A stretch of DNA of 51,676 bases, the filler included, from Sphacelaria rigidula (taxonomy: Eukaryota): assembly GCA_964200075.2 (NCBI GenBank). It is 4 parts of 4 records of this genome, joined end to end, with 100 filler letters (N's around TTAATTAATTAA, not from the genome) between each part and the next. Parts side by side here need not be neighbours in the genome. Positions count along the whole stretch, not along the records: positions 25,890 to 38,733 come from CAXNAA020003366.1; 3 more parts are not named here. One strand, written 5' to 3'. The notes beneath the pieces are model-generated. The model worked only from the letters and a program-made list of their open reading frames with translations, was not told where the DNA came from and did no database searches. A program made the translations under genes and the position numbers. This document shows, piece after piece, positions 26,772-38,833 of this stretch; the first letter of the stretch is position 1, and every line of letters begins with the position of its first letter.

Positions 26772-27171
26772 CACACGGGCATTCGGCTACCCCCAAAACT
26801 ACTCTGTTCCGGTCAACGTTTCGAGCCTCCAGAGGACTTAAACGCCTCTCGAGGGTTCGCGGCCCTCCAGAGGAGTGAGATCGAACGCCTCCAGAGGCTT
26901 GTTTTGCCTCTGGAGGGCCGCGCACCCTCTGGAGGAACTTCGAGGATGCGCAGCCCTCCAGAGCACCATCTTTTTTGTTACTTTTGAGGGATTCAGACCC
27001 CAGAAGTCACTGGAGCATCAGATGCTCTCCAGAGGATTCGTTTTATGACCGGAACTGAGTATAAAATACCCTCTAGAGGGTATTTTTATACTCCGGGGGA
27101 TCACTTTACCCTCGAGAGGATGAAAATCGCGATAGAGGGTGTTTATGGGGGTAGCCGAATGGCCGCGTGTG
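26772..27171. mobile_element. TIR element with internal CCTCNNGAGG palindrome array, nested in a family A repeat
   Basis: TIRs CACACGGGCATTCGGCTACCCCCA / TGGGGGTAGCCGAATGGCCGCGTGTG. About 10 CCTC(CA/TG/TC)GAGG-type motifs lie at 26826-27119. The flanks rejoin into family A. Confidence 0.7.
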
Positions 27172-27229
27172 AGCTTTCCATTGAGAATGAGAACCCGGAT
27201 AATTAAAACCTTCGTATCCACACCACATC

Positions 27230-30200
27230 TTCGAACTATGATTCCACTCGTTCATTTGTTGGTAGCTCATGACAGTTGCTACATGCCCTACAAATTTGGA
27301 TTTCGATAACCGAAATGCTGCGGTTCTAGTTGGCCTCGTTCGGCAGGGTGGCGCAGCTGATATACAGGATGGGTCGGACAGAGTCATCGATTTGGGGTTG
27401 ATTCGAAATTGCGCCGAACCCGTCGGTGCTGGCGTCGACGTGCAATTTGAAGAGACGAGGGCTATATTGTACTGCATCCCAGTCTGGAAGACAGGAGACC
27501 GGTTTTTCGGTAAGCGTCTTCAACAAATCGCGCACGATAGCTCCCATGTCTGTGGTGAAGGCAAACTCGCCGCGATTGTTTTAGCATGTCTGTACTGGGA
27601 CGAACCCGTTTGGACAGATTTGGCAAAAAAATTGCGATAGTAGGAGAGTCCACCCAACAGTGAGAGAAGCTGAGAAATGTTGGTGAGAATCGGCATTTCA
27701 GTCATTGCCCTGACTTTGTTGATATCCGGGTTCAGGCCCACTGAGGAAGTTGAACGTCCCAGGAAATCCAACTCAGTCGCGCCAAGGCAAGCTTCGGATG
27801 GGGGCAGTTTCAAATCGTGCGTCCGTAGGCGAGAGAATAACTCTCGTAAAGTGCGCACATGCGCAATAGGTGAGGCATCGAAGGCGATAGCATCGTCCAC
27901 GTACATAATGACGTGCTCGAGGCTCTCTGTGACGCGTTGCGTTAAGCGTTGAAAACACCCTGGTGCAGTGGCGGCGCCTTGTGGCATACGGAGTCATTCG
28001 TAGAGCCCGGAAGATGTACAGCACGCTGTCAATGGAACTGTGTCAGGTTGAATGGCAGCCTGGAAAAATCTAGAAGCAAGATCGAAGGTATCGGATATTT
28101 TCCCTCCGCCTAGGGAGTCGAAGAATTTAACGATGGGAGGGATCGGGATTTTTCCCATCATTTTTGAGGACTACCACGAGGAGCGAGGCCCGTGGAGAGG
28201 ACGAGTGTTGGATTAGACCGGCTCCTAAGTATGCATCTAAGATGGCATTGATTTTTTGGGGAAGGGTTGGAATTGTCCGATACTGTCGAGAAGAGATCGG
28301 CGAAACGCTAGGGTGAAGTGTAATCTCAAAGGACGGCGGTTTGCAATGCCCAAGATCCATCTTGGATCCAGAAAATCGATCGGGGTACTCCAGTGAGACA
28401 TCGCTCAATTCTTTGATAACAGCGGGTTTCCAACCGGGTCCATGGAGATCAAAACTGATATCACGCAAATAGGGTGGAAGTTGGTGCCACATTTACAAGT
28501 AACCATTCCGAGATTCTGGTGATGAGCTTTAAAGCACTTCACCAGGAGAGTCGGAAGTTGACCAAGCAGGGTTCACAGTGTGAACATGTGATGAGGATGA
28601 AGAAGTTAGGTCGAAATAAGGTTCATTGCCGCAATTACAGAGACGTCTGTCGGAGGCGCAAGATTGGGTGCCGAGGGTTCAGTTACACATGTCTCTAGCG
28701 GAATGTGCATTAGGGGGGAAGCAGCGATGCCCAAAACATCACCGGGTTCCAAGTTAGCATGACCCGTGAGGGGTAGGAGGTATTTTCCTGCTTAGACAAA
28801 ACGCTCGGTGCCTGCAGGCACACCAACCCGAGGAAGCATTTCGGCAGGATAATGTCCCGTGAGGGCAGGCATGCAATTTCGGCGAACGAGTGCACTTCTA
28901 GCAGGATCATCGGAGAGGGTAACACCTGTAATACGTTCGTGGCGTAGGTAGTAAGTAGCTCCGGTAGCTTGATTATTTATTCGGTAGGCTAAGGCGCCGT
29001 GAAGTGTACCAAAATGTTCAAGGTTAAGTTCTCCACGAGGTGCGGACTGCGGCGATAATGGTCGTAGCGTGCGGTAGGTTCGTTGATCAAACCGCATGTA
29101 ACTATCTATGCCTAGTAGCCAGGCGTGATTCATTATGTCGTCGAGGACAAAATATGCCGAGACTGCAAGGCTGGCAGAACGAGTTGTGTTGTGAAAGAAT
29201 TGCACACTAAGGCGTACAAATTTTACACGAGGCTGGGTGATGGTTTCACAAACTGCTGGAGCAGCACCAATCTGTTCCACGTGTCCACACATTGATTCAC
29301 GAATAACTGTCCGTGGACTGCCGATATCCAACAAAGATACACACTTGGCAGGCGTGTAGGCGTATGGGCCACAGTGAATCGCCACGCGAGCAGTAAAAAA
29401 GGCAGGGTCGACAGACACTTTACCTCCGACAAGATGCGGACCATGTTCAGCCGAGATGAATTGACGGGAGTCAGCGGGGTTGGTGACGAAAACAGATGGC
29501 GGATGATCCGCCGGTGGGTCAGATTTTTCACCAGAAAATATGGTGGATGGTATGTGATCCCTAGCTGTATCACAGCTCGACTGGTCATTAGCAATTTCGT
29601 AAATGACCGTCTTAGGAAGGTAGGGATCAACGTTCAAAGTGGATCCATGCTGTTCGATCCTAGGGCCGGATATTGAAGAGGTAGAAACATCATAAATATC
29701 CGATGTGGGTTCTTCTGTGGTGCCTGATAAAGCCGTCGAGCTCAAAGTCGTCGCATTTTGGAGATAATGAGGTCGAGGTTTTCCGCGCGAGAAAGGTGTA
29801 CGTGTAAATGCGCGCGCTTCCGTGAGGGCAGATTCACGGGGCTTCCTCTCTCGCCGAGACAAAGGGCGGGGAACTTTCAAAATGTTTTGGGGCACCACAA
29901 CTGCGTCCAGCCGAGGGTATTGGGTCAGCATCGGGGCATGCTCGGGCGAAGCGTGTGGACCTCCGCTGGCAAGCTTGGCTGAGGAATCATAGCCGAATGT
30001 AATTTTAGGCGATTGTTGTGAGAACCTTTCAGGAGTAGCTTCGCGCGATGCAACGGACGCGAGGAACGAGCTCGATCGAGCTGGGTGGGTGTTGCATGAC
30101 CCGAAGTGGTCAATTTCAGACCAGCGACCAATGTCTGTGCGCGCCGTCGCTGAGCAAAGCCCTTGCTTTAGTGAAAGGTGGTTAGTGTTCCCACGCCTCA

Positions 30201-31040
30201 GATTTACTCTCAGTTCTGGAGAACCAAGTCCAGACCCCAGTGTAAAGGTGAGTTGTGAGTCAACGCCATTGTTACGCTGTATGTGGAGGGGTGAAGACGG
30301 GGGTCGATATAAGCGGCCGTCATCAGTACCCCTGCATAGTGCCGAGGAAACAGAGAGAAGTTTTTGTCACTTGTTCCGCGAGAGGTGTCGATATGGTCTT
30401 TGTGTGCGCTGTAGGCGGCACCAACGACTTAAAACGCCGGCGTTGGCATGTCATGGATCAGTGCGATCAGTCATAAATGAACCAACGTTTCTGGCGTTTG
30501 GGTTCGAGTTTCGTGATCCGGTCCCGTCCGCTGCATGGTGTCTATCAGCGGATGAGTGATGCTACGGTAGGGGTGCACAAATATTTTCCGAGGTTAGAAT
30601 TCTTAGAAGCCCTTGATCTCATGCAAAACACCACTTACGAAAGTATGTGAAAGTACGCCAGGATTACTACACCAATGTGCTGGGGATATCCCCCGTGAAT
30701 TTGCAAACGGGGATGCCCTGATCCATATCCTTGTGCATCTGGAATCGTTAGGAGCCCCTGATCTAGACAATATTTCGCGAAAAAAGTGCACCCCTACCGT
30801 AGCATTGCTCGGATCTGGTGGTGGCGAGAAGAACCATCCCTTCGACGAGAACCAGAGTTGTCATTGCTGTTGGGGTGGCGGTCGCGATTTGAGCGAGTGT
30901 TGCCGCGGTTGCGATGTGAGCAAGTGTTGCAGCGGTTGTTGGAAGGATGGCGAGAATTGCGGTTGGGCGTACGGTAATCGCGCATGCGTTTTTGCCATCG
31001 GCGCCACGCTTGTTCATTGCCGTAAACTCCAGGGTTCATG
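27230..31040 (-). mobile_element. Decayed Ty3/gypsy LTR retrotransposon, family 1 (gag-protease-RT-RNase H), truncated
   Basis: Minus-strand frames give protease LLDIGS (~29320), RT entry HSSSPRASLLVVV (28127..28492), RT MPQGAATAPGCFQR...YVDD...LDFLG (27520..27987) and RNase H LHVDASTDGFGA...RPILYIS (27326..27547). The PR-RT-RH order and motifs fit gypsy. Many frameshifts and stops. Confidence 0.9.
30554..30810 (+). mobile_element. ~255-bp TIR MITE, copy 2, inserted in the gypsy gag region
   Basis: Same 25-bp TIRs; TSD GGAT at 30550-30553 and 30811-30814. Confidence 0.9.
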
Positions 31041-31341
31041 AGAGCGGAAGCGTTGATGCAAGCACTGGCACAGTCTGTGATGCGAGCCAGAAGAAGAACT
31101 GGTGGATTACTGTTGTTGAGGGACTCCCCGTCTCACTGGCCCCAGTTTCAGTTGTCAGCCATTACAACATCTTATCATCTGGAGTACCCTTCCAGGCACC
31201 AACCCCCTTGATCCGCAGGGTATCATCCCCGTCTCCCCGGTCATTACCCAGAATCCTCCCAGAATTCTCCAGAATCCCCGTGCCCCCAGGCATTACCCAG
31301 ATCATCACTACCAACTCAACGTAACGGCGTATTTTCGTCAC

Positions 31342-34140
31342 AGCACCCCCAAAGCGCGTTGGACGAAAATCGATCAACAAGCTTGACACATAGAAAGCAC
31401 CAAAACGATGAGTAAGTCACCACTGAATACCAAACTCACTCGAAATGCGAGCAGCAACGGCACTGGTCACGCGCAATTTACGCAACTCCTTCCTAAGAAA
31501 CTCCGGAGCGGCCTCGAGAATATCCTTGAAAGGCTCCCACGTACGCTCCTCAACATCGAAACCAACCCAGTCGACCAACACGATCAACGAACGAACGTCT
31601 GCTTCTGCCACTGGGGCAATACCAGTGATCTGAAATTGCCCCTGATTGAAAGCGTGCTGGAACACGTCCTTAGCGTCAGCCGTAACATTCAGCTGCGAGT
31701 CTGCATAAAAACACAAACGAGCTTCACGGGCGATCTGAACACGACCCGATACAATGTTCTGAATTTCAAACACGTGCTGATGGTGAGCACCAAGCGCTCT
31801 TCACGGACCACTCCATGTCGCCATCAACTTGGGCGTAACATCCGAACGACGAACGCGTGCATACAAGACATAGTCGCCTACCTCAAATTCGGCAATTCCA
31901 GTCCCGACGAGGACCCTGCACGTCTACGCGCACGTTCAGCGGCAACACGCTCCTGCACTTGAACATGGTAACGCTCTTGCAAGTACAAGACTCCTTTCAA
32001 TGCACGCTTAATTTGAACATCGTCCAAAACATCACACTTCCATTCCCCCGCCGACGAGGACGCCAACATCGGGAAAAACGTCCGAGGAACATGACCAAAC
32101 ATCACGCGGTACGGCGTACTACCGTAACGACGACGATACGCTGTATTAAGCGCCCATTGCACCGCCGGCAACACGTTCACCCACTCGGAAACCGCTCTAC
32201 GCTGCTCGAGAAGAATAGAGCGAAGAGCATGAAGTACTTCCTTGACCATGCGTTCACACGTACCATTAAACCATGGAGAATACGACACCGCAAACTGGTG
32301 ATCAAGGCGCAAAGCCTCTCGCAATCGGGCCTAGATCGCATTCTTGAAGTGCGTGGCGGTATCACTCACCCACACACGCGGCACCCCCAAAGTTTTGCAC
32401 CAATTCAGCAAAGATACAGTGGTCGATTCAGCAGTACACGCTGCTACTGGTTCCAGAGACACAAAGTTGCTCAAACCATCCATGATTACCACAGTGTATC
32501 GAAACCCAGCATCCTCCGACAAACCTTGGGAAGCTAGCGGGCCACTCTCGCCCACGTACAAGAAGTCAAAATGAACGACTTCATTCGGCGTGGTGGTCCC
32601 ACGGACCGTTTCCCGAGCGGGCAGGGAATAACATTGCCCGCCCTCGAGTCAGCACAGTGAAGACACTGGCGGACAAATTCGCGCACATGAGCTTCTGTCC
32701 CCTGCCAGACACAAGCCTCTTGCAAGCGCACGAGCATCATATCCACACCACGATGCCCGGCGTCGCGCATGTGCGCGCAAATCATCAGACGTACCTGCAA
32801 CTGCTTGTCAGAACTTGGAATCCACAAAACGTTTCGACCACGCACATGCACACGAAACAGACCTTCAGTGTCCAAGATGGCAGTACCAACGCCCGACTCG
32901 AAAGATTGCACATCCGCATCTTCGGCCTCAAGAGCTTTCTGTTGCGCTTGGCGGACAACAGATTTGGACGGCAACGAGTCATCAGGTTCACACGGACCAT
33001 ACACAGCCACAGCGCGCACAGGCAAAGCCGGAATATTCACCCAACGCGAAAGCAAGTCACCCCACGCGTCACGGTCACCCGAAATATGGCAAATCGAGTA
33101 AGGATACTGACCAAGAACAGCTTTCCAACCCTCCAAACGTTGTGCCAATGCTTTCGACACAGACGTAAGGCACGCTTCTGGGTTGAAAATATACACGAGA
33201 TTTCGGTGATCCGTGAAAATGTGCACGCCATCCCACAAACGATGCTCCAAATGACGAAAAGTGCTCACGAAAGCAAAACTTTCCTTGTCAACTGCGGCTC
33301 AACGCATCTGCGAACCCTTACAACTACCACTGAGGAAAGCCAGCGGTTCATGCGTCATGTCCTCGACCGGCAGGCGTCTGTGCATTTTCGCTTTAGGCAC
33401 CTGCGTAACGAAAATACCTCAATGGCACTCAGATGCATCCGGAAACATCAACACCTGACGATCAAGACGAGGATGGAACAGCGTCACGGCGTGGGCCACC
33501 AGATCCTTCGCTGCCGCCCACGCCTGCAGCCTGCCCTCCGTCCACGATGCAGGCGGAATAGTGCGGGTTTTTGCAACACGCTTCGTCCGCCTCGCAGCAC
33601 CCGTCATGAGCTTTTCGAGGAAAAAACGCAAGGGGGATTTACGGTTTCTGCCGTACGCGGCAACGAGGTACGCAGCCAATTGACGACCTGCAGGAATTGC
33701 ATGAGTTCTGTTGCCGTCTCCGGGCGCCGCGTGTCAGACAAGCCTTGCAATTTGACAGGGTCATGAGATGCGCGTCCGTGTGAGAGCACTTTCCCACACC
33801 ACACGAGTTTACTAGAGAAGAAAGTGCATTTGTGCGCAGCCGCAAACAAACCAACACTCTCTCAACGGGCCAAGATAGCATCAAGCGTGTCTAAAAGTTC
33901 GTTTTCCGTGTCCGCGATAAAAAGCACATCATCCACCCATATATTGCATTTCAAGCCGACAAGCAGTTCTGTCACGATGCTTTGCAAATATGCCGTGGCA
34001 TTCAACACGCCTTGCGGCACTCGCTTCGAGGTAAACAGGCCAAACGGGGTCGTGATTGTGAAAATCTCCTGTGCCTCATACGCCAACAGCATCTGCCAAT
34101 AACCTTGGAGGAGGTCCAACTTGCTTGAAAACCGAGCACT
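31342..34140 (-). mobile_element. Decayed Ty3/gypsy chromovirus, family 2 (RT-RNase H-integrase-chromodomain, PPT and LTR start)
   Basis: RT DLLQGYWQ...FTITTPFGL...VPQGVLNA...WVDD; RNase H FPDASE / IFTDHRNL; integrase HMRDAGHRG...CLHC and core SYSPWFNGTCERM; chromodomain LVDWVGFDVEERTWEP (31417..31773). TTTGGGGGTGC (PPT-like) is followed by TGTGACG at 31342. Confidence 0.9.
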
Positions 34141-34149
34141 CAAGAGGTC

Positions 34150-34262
34150 ACGAGTGGCAGAAGCAGAGGATAGTTCGTTGATCGTGTTGGTCGAGTGGGT
34201 TGGTTTCGAAGTTGAGTAGCGTACGGGGGAGCCTTTCAAGAATATTTTCGGGGCGGGCAAGT
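34150..34262 (+). pseudogene. Inverted chromodomain fragment homologous to the family 2 integrase tail
   Basis: Plus strand VAEAEDSSLIVLVEWVGFEVE*RTGEPFKNIF versus minus strand VAEADVRSLIVLVDWVGFDVEERTWEPFKDIL at ~31500-31610. Confidence 0.8.
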
Positions 34263-34269
34263 TCGAATA

Positions 34270-35193
34270 GAAAAGCCTTATCACGTTACTACCGACGACG
34301 TGACCGAACAACCTCTCCGCCTAGCCGTGTCCCATATCTCTGACCACCATACTCGCGGTCGAGGAGGTAAGATTGCTGCCATTTACAAAACCCACTGGCA
34401 AGGCCTTCGGAAAGCGTTTTGGGAACGTGAATCCGACCTTCAGTTGCACCGCCGCGCTATCCTCCTGTACTGGACGCAACCCCAGCAGCAATATCTTGCT
34501 GAACAAGAAATATCGCAACTTGCGTCGCGGCGCAGCAGCCCGCGAACTCCACCGCGACAAAGGTTTCCGCTTTGTCGCCGATGTTTATGAATTGGCACCC
34601 ACCAAGCATTTGGAAGAAAAACCCGCGCAAGACAGGGAGCCCTCCCCAAATGCTCTAATCTGTAGTACAAGGGCAGCGCCAACCTCTTGTGGCTGGGAGG
34701 TGATGCTACGGTAGGGGTACACAAATATTTTCTGAGGTTAGAAGTATTAGGAGCCCTTTCTCTCATCCAAAACACGGCTTATGAAAATATGCGAGAGTGC
34801 GCCTGGATTACTATTCTAACCTGCTGGGGATATTCCGAATAAATTTGCGAACGGGGATGCCCTGACAAATATTCTTGTGCGTCTAGAATCATTGGAAGCC
34901 AAATCATTGGGAGCCCCTGAACCAGACAAAAAATCGCGAAAAAAGTGCACCCCTACCGTAGCATTGCTCTGGGCCAGACCCACTCCGCCGACCTGATCGC
35001 GACTAGCACGTACATCGTGCGTTTCATCGATGACCCCGGACCCGTGCAGCTCAAGCTCCGCCCAGCGCTATACACCACCAGTCCATCCGCACCACGAGGG
35101 TCTTGGTGCCTGCCGCGGCTCAAGTCCAAAGACCTCCGACGAGGAACCCAACACAATATCGATCGCACATATGATGTCAATGCACCGCTTTGA
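34270..35193 (+). mobile_element. Gypsy pol C-terminal (chromodomain-like) fragment interrupted by MITE copy 3
   Basis: HVTTDDVTEQPLRLAVSHISDHHTRGRGGKIAAIYKTHWQGLRKAFWERESDL (chromo-like Y..HW.G....WE), continuing across the MITE into WLGQ...YIVRFIDDPGPVQLKL. Confidence 0.7.
34698..34969 (+). mobile_element. ~255-bp TIR MITE, copy 3 (with a 15-bp internal duplication)
   Basis: Same TIRs with a slightly altered left end; TSD TGGG. Removing the element and one TSD restores the retrotransposon frame ...YKGSANLLWLGQTHSAD.... Confidence 0.88.
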
Positions 35194-35329
35194 ACTTCCA
35201 GTCAACCTCCTGGTTTTAGCCCACAATGCTCTTCTATTTTCTCCTTCCCCCTGTCGTATAGAACCTTTCCCCTGTTTTCATTATTCAGGACGAACAACTT
35301 TCGGGACACCAACACCTTCAACAGCCTAC

Positions 35330-36090
35330 AAACGGAGATTCTTCGGCGCACAGTAAACGGGCCACGAACGGATCTGGACTGGAGCACCTTCATCCACCGA
35401 GTAATGCTACGGTAGGGGTGCACAACAATTTTCCGAGGTTATAACTGTTAGATGGCCTTTGTCTCATGCAAAACACGACCTATAAAAATATATGCAAGTA
35501 CGCCAGGTATACTACTCCAATGTGCTGGGGATATCCCGAATGAATTTGCAAACGGGGATGCCCTGACCCTTATTTTTGTGCATCTAGACTCGTCAGGAGC
35601 CCCTGAACTAGACATAACTTCGCGAAAAAAGTGCACCCCTACCGTAGCATTGCTCCACCACTACCGGAGCTTTACGTATTCTCGCTCTTGATTTGTATGG
35701 CTGGTGCTGGGCTCTTTCAAGTTTTTGAGTTGCTGATTCCCTTGCCTGTCTCGGTTTGGTCATATATGCGTCTGTCGCATGTGATTGACCTTGTGGCGAT
35801 TAAACCTGGTATACCCATGTAGACGTTGTGCCCCCTGTTATGCCTTCCCGGTTCACCTTTTTATTTTCGCCAGCGCGTCGAAGCATGTTGTGTTCTTCCG
35901 TTCGTGTTCGCTAGCCCGCAGCAGTATTTTGTGCTGCTGCGTATCCAAGCGCACTTGCGCTTGTTGAAGCAGATTATGCTTCTCTTGCTTGAAGGGTGGG
36001 AGGATCGGGCAAAGGACTGGACATTGCCCTCCTGGTCTTGAGTGTGCTTTTCTTTCAGTCACTACGGTCGGGTGTTTTTCCAGCATTTTT
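35330..36090 (-). mobile_element. Possible highly degenerate non-LTR (RTE-like LINE) 3' fragment
   Basis: Minus-strand LDTQQHKILLRASEHERKNTTCFDALAK loosely resembles the post-RT region of RTE-clade LINEs. The resemblance is weak and by eye. Confidence 0.3.
35399..35655 (+). mobile_element. ~255-bp TIR MITE, copy 4
   Basis: Same TIRs; TSD CACC at 35395-35398 and 35656-35659. Confidence 0.9.
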
Positions 36091-38733
36091 CTTTTCCTCG
36101 TTCGCCTCCCTTGCGACTCATGACTTGCGTGGACAAAAATCTCAATTTTCGTTGCTTTTCGAGACTACTCATCGCAAGTGTAATAGAGACTCGTCTGGAT
36201 GAGCTAGTGTCATGAGGTTGGAAGGCGTTTATGGCAAAATTCAGGACTGTGTGATTGCAGGTCTGACCAGGCTTGATCAGACCTTATGTTAGTTTGATCA
36301 AGGGAAGAGACAGCGATTCTGTAGCGACACCTCGCCTCTCTTACAGCCAAAGCTGCGTTGCAAGCAAGCTGTTCCGGTGAAAGACGTGAAAGAGAATTGA
36401 TTAAAACGATAGAGAATACGAATGAACAAGAGTCTTATAGATCAAGTGGACATCACCCTATCTATTGCGTGGACATGAGAGCTTGGGGTGTTGATTCGTT
36501 GTAGATACGACGAATATTTTGAGGCAGATTGCTTTCGTCAACTGTCCTATCCATCTTGCCAAGCGTGCTTGCATACACGATTGCAAACCCCGTTACACAT
36601 GTCTAAAATGCAGATTTTGTACCAAGGGAAATCGTCTTTGCAAAAAAATACCTAGTGCTACATATCAAGCAGGCAATAATGTTATCGTGATATTGAGAGT
36701 AGAGCGTTGATTGAGAGCGGGTTTTATCATTCGCTTGAACTTGGCCACTTTTTGATATGGTGTATGCTTTTGTTTGCCTGCAACACTGGCGTGTTCTCAT
36801 AGCTACACGTCGATATTCTACTTGGGGATATGAAGGTCTTCAGTGGCAGGCTACTGCAGAAAGCGTTACGGGCCTCGTAGAGGGGTATTTGGAACTGAAA
36901 GTATTCTTTCATGAATTGAAACCTCCTCACTCTCAATCGTATCATCTACTCTCAATCTCACGAAAACGTTGTTGGGTGTGACTAAGTACACCGAATGAAC
37001 GCGGTGTACACTCGTGTCGATGATGATACTACTGGAGAAGCAACGGTGGAGAGGAAGCTCCTCGCCCATGTCCTTCGTGTGTCCTCGTTCGGCAGTTCCC
37101 AATCGCAGGAGGGATTGGCATCATGTTACCATCACATATGTTACGGATTTATGGGTCATTTTCCAGTTGACTAGGTTCCATGTTTCATACTTTGTCATGC
37201 CTGGTATCCAACTGTCTACCCTGATGTCTTCACAACATTGTGGGACTATCATCTTAACTAGCACACAGCGGCAATTGGCCTGTTCGCCGGTAATACAAGA
37301 AGCATTTGCGCCATCTACGGGACTGCTTCTCAGAGGTGTCGCCAGTCTCCGTCTAAAGTGAGCCTGACTCGCATGCAATGGATGCTGCTTTGAGCGCTCG
37401 AGAGAAACCAAGCAGCACGATTTCACTTCACATGTGACAACTTGCAGCCCCTTCGCTGCTGAGCATGATGTAAGTACTCGAACTCGGTCGAATCGGAACG
37501 CTTAAATGTGTTTGAGCATCATAGTGCTCGGGCATCCACGGACTAACACCTTTCACCTCTAGACGTTTACCACTGATTCGCGACACATACCCAATTTGCC
37601 ATGTGCCGGCAGAGAGGTTATTGATGCACAGCCCCCCAAAGAAGATCGGGATGCCGAGGGTTGTCGTCTCTTCTTGTCTGTAGCGCTGGCCAATGCAAAG
37701 ATGATCAATCCCTCTCTGCCCCTCTTTTGTCACAGGGAGCGCTTCTGTGCGCTGCAGAACAGAAAAGCAGGGCGATGTTCCCGCCGCCGCTACTGTTGTC
37801 TCACACACACATGCCAGCAAGGACGGTTGCGGAAATAAGATCTCATCGCAACTTGGGGGGTGTTGTTGTCATCGTTGATTTTACCCGACCTCTGCACCTG
37901 TGTGTGCGCAACAAGAACAAGAGTCTGCCACACCAAAGTCGAGGGGATGTATGAGAGATCAAACACTCGTAGAGACCTTCTTGGTCCACGGGGTAGAAAA
38001 AGAAACCTCTGGCGGTGACCTAACTATTGCTGGCGTGACACCTATGGGGGTTGCTAGCCTGTAATCTGAGTTTTCTTTATATACAACCGGTCGGGTGCTC
38101 AATAGACTCTGTGAGTGTGTATGTATGTGTGTCTTCCGAAAATACTCGTGTGATGTTATTACAAGCTGGGGCGAGATATGGTTTCACGAGGAACAAAGGT
38201 GTTCCATGATCAACCACTTTACGTTGCATTCGTGACCCACGCCGTCAGGCACCGACCGCCAAGGTCTTGGCTAAGATTAGCTTTGCTGCAGCGTTGTCGG
38301 CAGTACGTCAAACAAGTCTAGCTGTTGGTAAACTCGTGACTTCTGGAAAAAAATATGTTGTATTATTGAGACCTTGGTCCGGAGAGACAGGTCAGGAAAA
38401 TGGAGTGAGCACGGTAGGCGAGCTCGTGTAATCTACATCCCAGAAACTCTAGAAACCAAAGAACCAAAGACAGGTTCTGGAAACGTTCCGGAACCTCAGC
38501 AACGTTCTACATGGTTCCAGCAACGGAACTCGTATCAACGCACTTCCTTACGTACCACAAAACCTCGGGTTGTTCCCCGCACCACAGATACCATGCTCGG
38601 ATCAATGCAGTATCCACAAAGAATACTCCTACAGAAGCTACAGAACGACAGTTCCGTCATTCAAATCGTCCAATCAGATGTTTTAGGCAACTCAGTCGAT
38701 ACTACGGCCGCTATCACGAACACCCTCCCTTGG

Positions 38734-38833
38734 NNNNNNNNNNNNNNNNNNNNNNNNNNNNNNNNNNNNNNNNNNNNTTAATTAATTAANNNNNNNNNNN
38801 NNNNNNNNNNNNNNNNNNNNNNNNNNNNNNNNN
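38734..38833. other. Artificial contig linker
   Basis: Same linker. Confidence 0.98.

Noticed and set aside
30613..30810. Recurring peptide (STPGLL..CAGDIP.EFANGDAL...) in the ORF track as a small gene family
   Set aside because: It is the translated MITE interior. Differences between copies fall at all codon positions without synonymous bias, and copy 3 has an in-frame stop.
32657..33766. 369-aa plus-strand ORF (also 31408..31962 and 31857..32537)
   Set aside because: These are antisense shadows of the gypsy pol region with no recognisable motifs.
30554..35655. MITE copies as a CRISPR-like repeat array or composite transposon enclosing captured retroelement spacers
   Set aside because: Each copy has its own distinct TSD, and removing copy 3 restores continuous coding sequence, so these are independent insertions.
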